NCBI GenBank assembly: GCA_963715865.1
Contig: OY970280.1
Span: 1,662,486-1,726,485, forward strand
Reading direction: 5' to 3'
DNA length: 64,000 bases
Source of the DNA: Candidatus Bathyarchaeota archaeon
GTDB taxonomy: Archaea > Thermoproteota > Bathyarchaeia > Bathyarchaeales > Bathycorpusculaceae
Shown here: piece by piece, positions 19,769 to 27,635 of the stretch
Position numbering within the stretch: the stretch's first letter is position 1
Layout of the letters: each line of letters opens with the position of its first letter
Program-made: the position numbers and the translations under genes
Notes under the pieces: generated by a model
Databases searched by the model: none
What the model was told of the DNA's origin: nothing
Seen by the model: only the letters and a program-made list of their open reading frames with translations

Positions 19769-20795
19769 TAACCTCACGTTACCATACCTGAGAGCACTGT
19801 AGCTAACGGCGCCCCGCCTTCCCTCACTAAACCAAAATAGCGGCTTACCATGCCTCACAATACATCGCATCACCAAGCCAGGCATCACTGAACTCAACCT
19901 AACTGGACACCGCAAAACATGACCTAACCGCGATGATACCAAGGAATACCACGCATTACGCGACAGGACAGTACCAAGCCAAACTTGACCCCGCCTTAAT
20001 AACGCCAAAGAACACTTCGCCTTGCTGTACCTCACCACTGCTAACCACAATGAAAGCAAAGATTGCAGCAACCGTGCCAAACCGCAACTCACAAAACCCC
20101 GCTTGACATTGCCAAACCTCAATAAAACCATGCCAAGCCTTGCATAACCGTACTTCACAGGACCAAACTTCGCCACGCCGTAGAGTGCCTCGCGACTCCA
20201 AGCCACGCAACGCCGTAATAACGCCAAACCATGCAAAACCATACCGTGCAGTACACCAACCCGCTCCACGATACCAAACAGGGCCTCTCCAAACCACGAT
20301 AACACTTTACCACACAAAACCAAGCCCCGCACCACAGATCCCCACGCAACGCAACAGGACCTCGCTAAGCCACAATAGCACCTAACCGTAGAGAACAAAG
20401 CACCACTTGACCCAACAGAACCGGACTCCACTCCGCTACACCATAATAAAAGCTTGGCTTGCCTTGCTTCACCCAACCGGACCGTTCCCTGCCATAATGA
20501 AAGCTTAGAGAAACTATCCTCGCAAAGCCGTACCTTACGATACCTAACCGGACAGGACAGAATAGTGCCATGCAATACTAAACCTCGCAACGCCTCAATA
20601 ATAGCAAACCTAGCAAACCTTACTTTACTCAACCTAGCAGTACAGGGCCTCACAAGACCTAGAAACACAAGACCAGACCTAAGAATACACTGCCGGGCAC
20701 CACTACACACCACAGGACCATACCTGACATCAATAGCGCCACACCTTACCTTAGAGGACCGGGCAACACCGCATCTTACCCCACGACACTTGACC
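19769..20795 (-). ncRNA. Array of ~178 pentamers (NGY-NN) in ~13 blocks split by GYTATT-like spacers; candidate guide-RNA array
   Basis: 5-nt periodicity seen directly (e.g. GGT-CA AGT-GT CGT-GG GGT-AA GAT-GC GGT-GT); separators GCTATTGA, GCTTTCATTAT, GTTATCGT, GTTATTAC, GTTATTAA, GCTATTTT; sits between a stop codon and the RAMP ATG. Confidence 0.8.
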
Positions 20796-21548
20796 CTAAA
20801 CATGAAAACGCAACCTCTCAAAATCCAAATGCGCCCGATTAACCAACTCTTTAATGACAGGATCATCCAGCGGAAAACGCCCCGACTCCGCCAGACTACA
20901 AAACAGCACCAAAGCGTTCTTCAGCTCCACAAGCTCACGGCCACTCAAACCAGGCTGAACCTTCCCATTCTTGGAATCCACATGAAACCGCTTGCCGCAT
21001 GGCGCCGTCAAAGTCACAATAGGCGCAGCAGACTCACGGTAAATCTCAGCAGCCGGAACATGCACAAGCGCCACGATATCTTTCACGTCAAATTTGAACT
21101 TTTTAAGCCGAGCAATGTTATCCTTAAGCTCCACGTCGCTGAAACCCTTGCCATGGCCACTATTAAGCCTCACCGCCTCAGCAAACAACTCAGCCTCACT
21201 AGAAAACGGCAACTCAGAACATTCCGCATACTCAACCTTGCGAAGCTTCCGAGAACTAAACCGATGAACACCATCAACAAGAATCTTCTGACCCTTGAAA
21301 ACGCCAACCTTCAAAGTTGGAAAAACACAACCCGCATCCAAAGCCCTGGCATAATTTTCAACAACCCTCTGATCAATCTCCTTACGCGGATAAAGACTCC
21401 AATCAAAAACCAGATCAGCAAGCTTCTCAATACGAACTGGCGCCCTATCCCAATCCTTAAACGCAAAACCAGCAGCTGGCTTAACCTCAACGCTCTTTTG
21501 CGGAGCAGGCGGCATATAAACAACTTTACCAGCAACAGGAGACTTCAA
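20796..21548 (-). CDS. ParB/Srx N-terminal-domain protein
   Basis: LYPRKEID, ILVDGVHRF, AVRLNSGHG. Confidence 0.8.
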   Translation of the reverse strand: MKSPVAGKVVYMPPAPQKSVEVKPAAGFAFKDWDRAPVRIEKLADLVFDWSLYPRKEIDQRVVENYARALDAGCVFPTLKVGVFKGQKILVDGVHRFSSRKLRKVEYAECSELPFSSEAELFAEAVRLNSGHGKGFSDVELKDNIARLKKFKFDVKDIVALVHVPAAEIYRESAAPIVTLTAPCGKRFHVDSKNGKVQPGLSGRELVELKNALVLFCSLAESGRFPLDDPVIKELVNRAHLDFERLRFHV

Positions 21549-21757
21549 CTAGACGCCTCCAGCTTTGGCTTTTTCAACGGTATAAAAACAACCGGGTGCT
21601 TATCCAACCGACTAAAAATACACCTGTAACCCTCAGCTTCAAGGGCAGTCTTCCAAGCAGCATCGAACTCTGGCTTCTGAATAACTAGGCACTCTCCATA
21701 CGGCGTCACATCTTTAGGCGGACCAAAACGCGACTTAAGCTCATCAACCGAAACCAT
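21545..21757 (-). CDS. Viral hypothetical protein
   Basis: Overlapping stop/start with the ParB-like gene, operon strand. Confidence 0.55.
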   Translation of the reverse strand: MVSVDELKSRFGPPKDVTPYGECLVIQKPEFDAAWKTALEAEGYRCIFSRLDKHPVVFIPLKKPKLEASS

Positions 21758-21933
21758 CTAAGCCGGAACCTCCAATGAGCCAAAAAATAAATCATGCCTC
21801 TTTTTTTTGAGAAGTTTAACTGTGTTCCTTAATGCTTTGTTGTCTTTGTGAAGCTGTGATATCAAGTTGCAGTTATCTTTGATGCTACTATTGATAATTG
21901 CCAAGTCTTTGCTGATTTGCTGCAATTCCTCAG

Positions 21934-22296
21934 TCAAACAGAAACCTCCAAAGGTTTTTTCGCAAATAAGACTTCATTCGGCATGTAGAGGCCAGCCGTT
22001 GCAGCAACAACCTTAGGCACCCCATCCTCATAATAGGAACTGCACGCGCTTTCGTTTACGCGGCGATCCCACCAACGCTTCTCATGAACCCTGTAAGGCC
22101 AACGCCTACAATCACGCAGCACAGCAATCCTGCTGCAAACCTCCAAGTAAATCTGCCTTAAACTAACCGGCTGCGAAGGCATACCCATCTTGCTCAGGAT
22201 ATCGCTTTTCTGCCTGTGCAAACTAAAGATCACTTCACGAATCAACTGCCTGAGAATCCGCAAGCTCCCGGCTTTCAGCAGGCCTACCCTGAGCAC
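21934..22296 (-). CDS. Viral hypothetical protein (possible winged helix)
   Basis: ORF on operon strand; SLRQIYLEV...RRVNE pattern. Confidence 0.45.
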   Translation of the reverse strand: MLRVGLLKAGSLRILRQLIREVIFSLHRQKSDILSKMGMPSQPVSLRQIYLEVCSRIAVLRDCRRWPYRVHEKRWWDRRVNESACSSYYEDGVPKVVAATAGLYMPNEVLFAKKPLEVSV

Positions 22297-22326
22297 GCCA
22301 ACCAGCCGCCTTATAGGTTTGCTCGC

Positions 22327-22557
22327 TCATTTCTCAGGTCCCTCTATGATTTTGTCTAGTTTCTTCTGAGCGTAAGCTTCAATCCTGACAGTAACATTAT
22401 GCCCTAACGGGTACTCCTGGTACAGTGCGGAACTCTCGCTCTTAATAGACAACTTCATTTTCGGGTCACTGCATTCCAGCGTAACCTTGAACACTGGCAA
22501 TTCAGCGGCGTTCTGGCTTTTCGTATGACTGCGTACAATCATGTCATATTCAGTCAA
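22327..22557 (-). CDS. Viral hypothetical protein
   Basis: Coupled to the upstream ORF. Confidence 0.6.
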   Translation of the reverse strand: MTEYDMIVRSHTKSQNAAELPVFKVTLECSDPKMKLSIKSESSALYQEYPLGHNVTVRIEAYAQKKLDKIIEGPEK

Positions 22558-23410
22558 GCTTCTTCACCTCTGTTTTTCTCGGTTTATTTTGTAAGCGATA
22601 GAACTCTCTGATTTTTTCAAAGATTACATTACGCAACTTGGCATCGACAGCATCGCGCTCAGGCTTCCACTTGGCATCGACAGCATCGAGCTCAGCGTTC
22701 CACTTGGCATAGACAGCATCGCGCTCAGGCTTCCACTTGGCATCGACAGCATCGCGCTCAGGCTTCCACTTGGCATCGACAGCATCGCGCTCAGGCTTCC
22801 ACTTGGCATAGACAGCATCGCGCTCAGCGTTCCACTTGGCATAGACAGCATCGCGCTCAGGCTTCCACTTGGCATCGACAGCATCGAGCTCAGCGTTCCA
22901 CTTGGCATAGACAGCATCGCGCTCAGCGTTCCACTTGGCATAGACAGCATCGCGCTCAGGCTTCCACTTGGCATAGACAGCATCGAGCTCAGCGTTCCAC
23001 TTGGCATAGACAGCATCGAGCTCAGGCTTCCACTTGGCATCGACAGCATCGAGCTCAGCGTTCCACTTGGCATAGACAGCATCGAGTTCAGCGTAATATC
23101 TCAACAAAAGCTCTTTTGAAATGCCGTTAGGATCTTGATTCTTTAGCAACCGCACAGATCGACAAACACATTTCTTGTTCTCATCACTCCAAGCCTCAAT
23201 TCCATAAGCCTCAGCGAAAAACACTTGACAATCAGAGTTAAGCCAGTCCCGTGGGTCCATCGTTAAATGAAAACCCCGACTGCACATCGACAAATTGCCT
23301 TTCACAATATATTTCTTGCCAAGCTTCCAGGTCTGATGACCACCGTTGTAGCTCTGCATGTTCCGCAGGACTTTGAAAAGAATCACAGGTTTTTCTTTTT
23401 TATCAGTCAT
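22550..23410 (-). CDS. Viral protein with N-terminal C..GFH domain and ~14 x 11-aa helical repeats
   Basis: GNLSMCSRGFHL domain followed by repeats DAV(Y/D)AKW(NA/KP)E(L/R). Confidence 0.75.
   Translation of the reverse strand: MTDKKEKPVILFKVLRNMQSYNGGHQTWKLGKKYIVKGNLSMCSRGFHLTMDPRDWLNSDCQVFFAEAYGIEAWSDENKKCVCRSVRLLKNQDPNGISKELLLRYYAELDAVYAKWNAELDAVDAKWKPELDAVYAKWNAELDAVYAKWKPERDAVYAKWNAERDAVYAKWNAELDAVDAKWKPERDAVYAKWNAERDAVYAKWKPERDAVDAKWKPERDAVDAKWKPERDAVYAKWNAELDAVDAKWKPERDAVDAKLRNVIFEKIREFYRLQNKPRKTEVKKLD
22637..23093. repeat. 33-bp tandem repeat, ~14 copies, coding
   Basis: Unit cttggcat(c/a)gacagcatcg(c/a)gctcag(gc/cg)ttcca seen directly. Confidence 0.95.
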
Positions 23411-23646
23411 GCTGGCGGCGCCTCCAAATCAGGAACCCGTTTATCAATCAAACTCTTAGTCGCAGCACTGGCCTGCATTTCAACTTCACGACGCCACGCC
23501 TCCAACTCCTGCAGCCGACCCTCATGATCAGCCCTGCCACGCTTCAACTCAGCAACTTCACCGCACAAACGCTCAAAACAACCGCCCAAACCTTCCAGCG
23601 CACGCTTAAACGCAACAGCAACATGTTTCGCAAATTTTTCGCTCAA
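23407..23646 (-). CDS. Coiled-coil viral protein
   Basis: Heptad-like VAELKRGRADHEGRLQELE; coupled to neighbours. Confidence 0.55.
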   Translation of the reverse strand: MSEKFAKHVAVAFKRALEGLGGCFERLCGEVAELKRGRADHEGRLQELEAWRREVEMQASAATKSLIDKRVPDLEAPPA

Positions 23647-23948
23647 GAAACAGCCTCCTTTTTGTCCTTGCTGAAGGAATCCACAAGCTTAGGCTTACAT
23701 TTGCCGAACGGAACATCCACGCACCGGACACCTGGATTATCAGCGCAAAAGAGCAGTTGCGGATCCAACTTTTCACAAACCACGCCTACAGCCTCCTAAC
23801 AGGCCTACGCTTACGCCAAAGCCAAGGAGGGCTACCGTTCTTGTTTAGGAAGCAATTTGAGGGGGAGAGAAGAGCAATAAAACCAGCTCGAGGCTTAAAA
23901 CTAAACTTCCCAAAAGCAAATCCTTCAAAAAGCCTAATCCCCAAGGTA

Positions 23949-24089
23949 TTAGCCCTCCTGCTTGCAACCTTGCAAAAGTAGATGCTCTATTACCTCAGGA
24001 ATCGTACGATTCGTATTTTCCGCGATTTTTTCAAGTTTACCATAAATAGCATCTTTTACGGTTATGCTTCTATAGCCTTCTCGTGGCAT
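23949..24089 (-). CDS. Ribbon-helix-helix-like regulator (46 aa, absent from ORF track)
   Basis: Manual translation MPREGYRSITVKDAIYGKLEKIAENTNRTIPEVIEHLLLQGCKQEG. Confidence 0.7.
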   Translation of the reverse strand: MPREGYRSITVKDAIYGKLEKIAENTNRTIPEVIEHLLLQGCKQEG

Positions 24090-24207
24090 TCACCTATCTC
24101 CTTGAATGTACTCTATTGTACCGTACCATATATAAGATTTGGGTACATTCTGGTACATGAAATAACGTTTATATAGAATGTACGGTACATTCTGTTTTGA
24201 CACAATC
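24090..24207. promoter_or_regulatory. Divergent promoter/operator region with GTAC-core repeats
   Basis: Perfect palindrome GAATGTAC-G-GTACATTC (24176-24192), half-sites at 24104 and 24143, TATA-like TATATAAG (~24129) and TTTATATAG (~24168). Confidence 0.7.
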
Positions 24208-24393
24208 ATGCCAAGAATAGGATACAAAAGTATAACCGTACCTAACGATGTTTACGAGTTTTTCAAAAATGAATGGTTAAAAAACAAAGATCAACTACGC
24301 CGAAGAGGAATCCGTAGTTTCTCTGGGTATGTTACTTCTCGTCTTAATCAATTAATGGAAGAAGAAGAGAAGAAACGTAATGAAGAAACGTAA
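24208..24393 (+). CDS. Ribbon-helix-helix-like regulator (repressor candidate)
   Basis: MPRIGYKSITVPNDVYEFF, paralogous N-terminus to 23949-24089; one of few plus-strand proviral genes. Confidence 0.7.
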   Translation: MPRIGYKSITVPNDVYEFFKNEWLKNKDQLRRRGIRSFSGYVTSRLNQLMEEEEKKRNEET

Positions 24394-24655
24394 TCACTAA
24401 CACTCACATTAAGGTCTTCAGCTCTCTGTGCTAATTTACGGTAAACTTCTCTTGAAACAAATAATTTCTTCAAACAGACTCTTAGCGCAAAAATACATCA
24501 AAACCCTATATAAAACCAATCCCAAAACAACCATCCAGCACAGTGGAGGGTGCACTGAAAGTAAAATTACCACGTACATTGTAGGTTTCGGAATCCAATC
24601 CAAGCCACTTTAAAAGCACCTTCGGAATCAATTCCAAACTACGTATATTCAAGCC

Positions 24656-25513
24656 CTAAGATGTACGTGGTAAACTTGGCGGAAAAAGCAACGTTTGAAT
24701 TTGCTTACCGTACTTCACAGCCATGGCTGTCTTGATTTCTTGATATTCAGCAGGATCCAAGGAAGTTCCGCAGCACGGACAAATCGGCGTACCCTCCGGA
24801 ATAGTTTCGGGTACCATAATTTTTTTAGGTTTAGGCTCTGTAGACGATGTAACCGATGTAGACGATGTGGGAATTCCCTCTTTTTTGCTGTCGGATATCT
24901 CACTACTGGAAGTAACCCTATGCACTTCCTCTTCTCGCGCTGTCTCATACTTTGATTTTAGCGCCTCCGAGATTTTTCCCGATGTCTCACTCTTAAGTTC
25001 TTGAGGCATGTACTTGTAAATTGTTTTTTTACTAATGCCTGTGACTTTAGCGATTTCTTCAGGCTTCAACCCGGCCTTAACAAGAAAAGTTACGCGCTGC
25101 GCAATCTCTTCAGGCGAAACTTTGCGCCTGTTAAAATTAGCCGCCAACATAGCTAACTGAAGCTTAACAGGCGTATCAATTTGAGGCCTCACTTCAGTAT
25201 GCCACTTCGGGTTTTCCCCCAGCCTATGGAAACCATCAATAACATTCCCATGCGCATCCATCAACACCGGATACAGTTCGCCAAGCCCTTCACCTGATGT
25301 GGCAAGACTGTAAGGCGCTTCCTCATCCGCTTTCGGCTCTTCTACCTCTTCTACCGCCTCTACCTTCTCTACTTCCTCTACCTCAGTTTCTTCAAGTGCC
25401 TGTTGAGTCAGGGGCGCAGGAACAGGCCCATAATGACTATGCGACCAATGAAGTCTATACTCAAGCCCTGAATCAAAAACCCTATGGCATTTGGGACAAG
25501 CAACCTTACCCAT
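24656..25513 (-). CDS. C2H2 zinc finger + ParB-like domain + HTH protein
   Basis: CPKC...HWSHSH; YPVLMDAHGNVIDGFHR; PEEIAKVTGISKKTIYKY. Confidence 0.75.
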   Translation of the reverse strand: MGKVACPKCHRVFDSGLEYRLHWSHSHYGPVPAPLTQQALEETEVEEVEKVEAVEEVEEPKADEEAPYSLATSGEGLGELYPVLMDAHGNVIDGFHRLGENPKWHTEVRPQIDTPVKLQLAMLAANFNRRKVSPEEIAQRVTFLVKAGLKPEEIAKVTGISKKTIYKYMPQELKSETSGKISEALKSKYETAREEEVHRVTSSSEISDSKKEGIPTSSTSVTSSTEPKPKKIMVPETIPEGTPICPCCGTSLDPAEYQEIKTAMAVKYGKQIQTLLFPPSLPRTS

Positions 25514-25738
25514 CTACAACGCCTCCGCAATTATCGCAAGAGCCTTAACGTTCCGGTCATAATGACCCTCAAAAGCTTCTGTCTTGCCCTGAAAGACCCG
25601 ATTAAGCTTTTCGCGCAACGGATCATAAGGCGGCAGCCGAACCACATTCCGATCATTGATGTTGTAAAACTTCTTGCCATTCCAACTGAACTCCAATAGC
25701 CACGGCGCCACCTTGCTCTTACGCAAAAACATCTTCAT
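25514..25738 (-). CDS. Viral hypothetical protein
   Basis: Abuts the downstream ORF. Confidence 0.5.
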   Translation of the reverse strand: MKMFLRKSKVAPWLLEFSWNGKKFYNINDRNVVRLPPYDPLREKLNRVFQGKTEAFEGHYDRNVKALAIIAEAL

Positions 25739-26117
25739 AGCCCAGCCTCCCCACTATACCTTACCCAAGAGCAACCAGAACATTTCCTTCCAGGACGCCT
25801 AGCTAAAGTCGGCGGATTCTGCGGACAATAAGTAGCGGTGCAGATTGGCCGCTGCTTCACCATAAACCCAACCCCTTAACACCCTTCAAGCTTGCCAGAG
25901 TTTTTTCCGTTCGATCTAAGACTGCGCTTCGGTTAACTGAATCAATCACAGAACCCTTGTAGATCTGTACCGTGTAAAAGTTTGCGCGGTAATCGATTTT
26001 TGCTTGAGTGTTCATTTTGCTTATTCCTCACGTAACTGTAATAGTCACAGTAAGATATAAACGTGACGGTGACAGTTACATTTAAATATTAAGCAACACA
26101 TGATACCTTGAGGAAAA

Positions 26118-26297
26118 ATGAGACAATACATACTAACACCGCAAGAGAGAGAAATCATCAAAAAATACCTAGAAACAGGCGAAAAGCATGTCTGGTTCAG
26201 AATGCTACTATCCAGGTGTCGCCACATGGAAATCGTGCAAGAAGACCTGCAGTTAATTGAGCAATTCCTCAAAAAAACAGAAGGCGGAAAACCGTGA
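26118..26297 (+). CDS. Small hypothetical protein (59 aa)
   Basis: Manual ORF MRQYILTPQEREIIKKYLETGEKHVWFRMLLSRCRH... Confidence 0.55.
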   Translation: MRQYILTPQEREIIKKYLETGEKHVWFRMLLSRCRHMEIVQEDLQLIEQFLKKTEGGKP

Positions 26298-26446
26298 CGT
26301 TAAAAACAATCAATGTTTATTTGCGAATAATCGCTTTTATGGCGTTCGATATGCTTATGTTCCCAGATTTAACGGTTAAATTGTTTTGGCGTGTACTTCA
26401 CAATGATATTCCATAGAAAAAAAAGCAGGAAATAGGCGAATAAAAA

Positions 26447-26716
26447 ATGAGTGAAAAAGAAGGCCAACTAAAACAAAAAATAGACACATTAGATAAAACG
26501 TTGCATGAAAGTGTTAAGTTTAGCCCACCAGCAGCTGTAATAACAAATTTTGAAAAAGTACGCGTTAACTTGGAAGATCTGAAAAATAGTTTGGATGAGG
26601 CAAAAAAAGATGCTATTAAATCCACATCTTATGACATCAACGCCGACATAATTATTTGGGTTGCAATTGTTGAAGCATGGGAAAAATGGTTCGAGAAATG
26701 GTTTGGCAAGTCCTAA
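26447..26716 (+). CDS. Hypothetical protein in AT-rich insert
   Basis: ORF track. Confidence 0.45.
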   Translation: MSEKEGQLKQKIDTLDKTLHESVKFSPPAAVITNFEKVRVNLEDLKNSLDEAKKDAIKSTSYDINADIIIWVAIVEAWEKWFEKWFGKS

Positions 26717-26804
26717 GATGTACGTAGTAAATAGCCTCCGCTGAAATCTTAATTTAAATGCCGAAAAAAAAGAGCAAAACGTGCTCTCCAAGCGAAAAAA
26801 AACA

Positions 26805-27221
26805 TTAACTCACTGTTGCTGTTGACTGCGGCGCCGTAGTCTGCTGCTGAGTCTCCTCAAGCTTTTGCACTGCACCTGCAACAGCATTTAACGCTGTTTG
26901 CTGCGGGTTGCTAACGTCAACTGGGCCGACGGCTGCTGCAATGGGCGCAACAACTTCTCGGATGCTGTTAAGATACTTGCTTGCTACCGTGCCGACAAGA
27001 GTTGACGCGAAAGGCGAAACGTAAATGCTGCTAAGCGGAGTCCCAGAGACGCTGAATCCAAGCGCCATAGCAAAACTGATTGCGACAGTGCGCAGAAACT
27101 TGGTTTCGCTGAAGGCTTCACCGCTGAGTTTCCAAGCAATCAACGCGTAAACGATTGACGTTACGACTGCAGCGAGTAAGCTGTAATAAACTGAAATATC
27201 CATGTTCATTCTCACCTCCAT
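26805..27221 (-). CDS. Membrane protein, holin-like candidate
   Basis: Two to three hydrophobic segments; at the distal end of the late operon. Confidence 0.45.
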   Translation of the reverse strand: MEVRMNMDISVYYSLLAAVVTSIVYALIAWKLSGEAFSETKFLRTVAISFAMALGFSVSGTPLSSIYVSPFASTLVGTVASKYLNSIREVVAPIAAAVGPVDVSNPQQTALNAVAGAVQKLEETQQQTTAPQSTATVS

Positions 27222-27313
27222 TAAACAAGCAATTACCGTGACTAGGAAAAACCAAGACTATGGTACCACGTACATCCTAAGCCCTAATGTACGTAGTAAA
27301 AAAAAACTTTAGA

Positions 27314-27583
27314 TTATTCCCTTTTTGTTTTTTCTTCCGCTTTAAAATTAGCTTTAGCCACTGGAAGCGGCACATCCTTGTTAGCTTCCTTCACCACTTG
27401 ACCTTTCAACTTCTGAATTTCCTGATCTTTCTCAGCGAGCATGGCATTCGTCACTTGAATGTAAGCCCCGAACGATTTAGCCAAGTCACTGTACGGCTTA
27501 AGCGCTATACTATAGTTCGTGTTAAACTCCGCCAGGATAGACTGGATTTGCTTTTCATGTTGAGATTCTGGTTGCTTCATCAT
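27314..27583 (-). CDS. Coiled-coil viral protein
   Basis: ORF track, late operon strand. Confidence 0.55.
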   Translation of the reverse strand: MMKQPESQHEKQIQSILAEFNTNYSIALKPYSDLAKSFGAYIQVTNAMLAEKDQEIQKLKGQVVKEANKDVPLPVAKANFKAEEKTKRE

Positions 27584-27635
27584 CTAGTTAATCCCTCCTT
27601 TACTTTTCTTTAAAACTTCAATTTGTAACCGCAAA

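Noticed and set aside
19769-20795. Canonical CRISPR array or simple microsatellite
   Set aside because: No identical 25-45 bp repeats with unique spacers; the variable dinucleotides carry non-random information, so it is not a slippage satellite.
19769-20795. Idea that the first scaffold base is the third codon position of the target
   Set aside because: Tested by hand: it gives GAG for expected Asp, TAG for expected Tyr and swaps Phe/Leu in the MTase motifs.
19760-20866. 368-aa minus-strand ORF and other ORFs across the array (e.g. 19956-20297, 20140-20385, 20454-21629)
   Set aside because: Cys/Arg/Gly/Val-rich products expected from a 5-nt repeat with few stops; no domain signal; the 5-nt period conflicts with codon structure.
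22624-23082. MLSMPSG-repeat ORF in an alternative frame; 33-bp repeat as a CRISPR or DGR
   Set aside because: Shadow frame of the coding repeat; no spacers, no reverse transcriptase and no A-specific variation.
18000-23700. Strong C/A versus G/T strand skew in proviral early genes
   Set aside because: Also seen in host hypD and other genes; reflects codon bias of the coding strand rather than a separate element.
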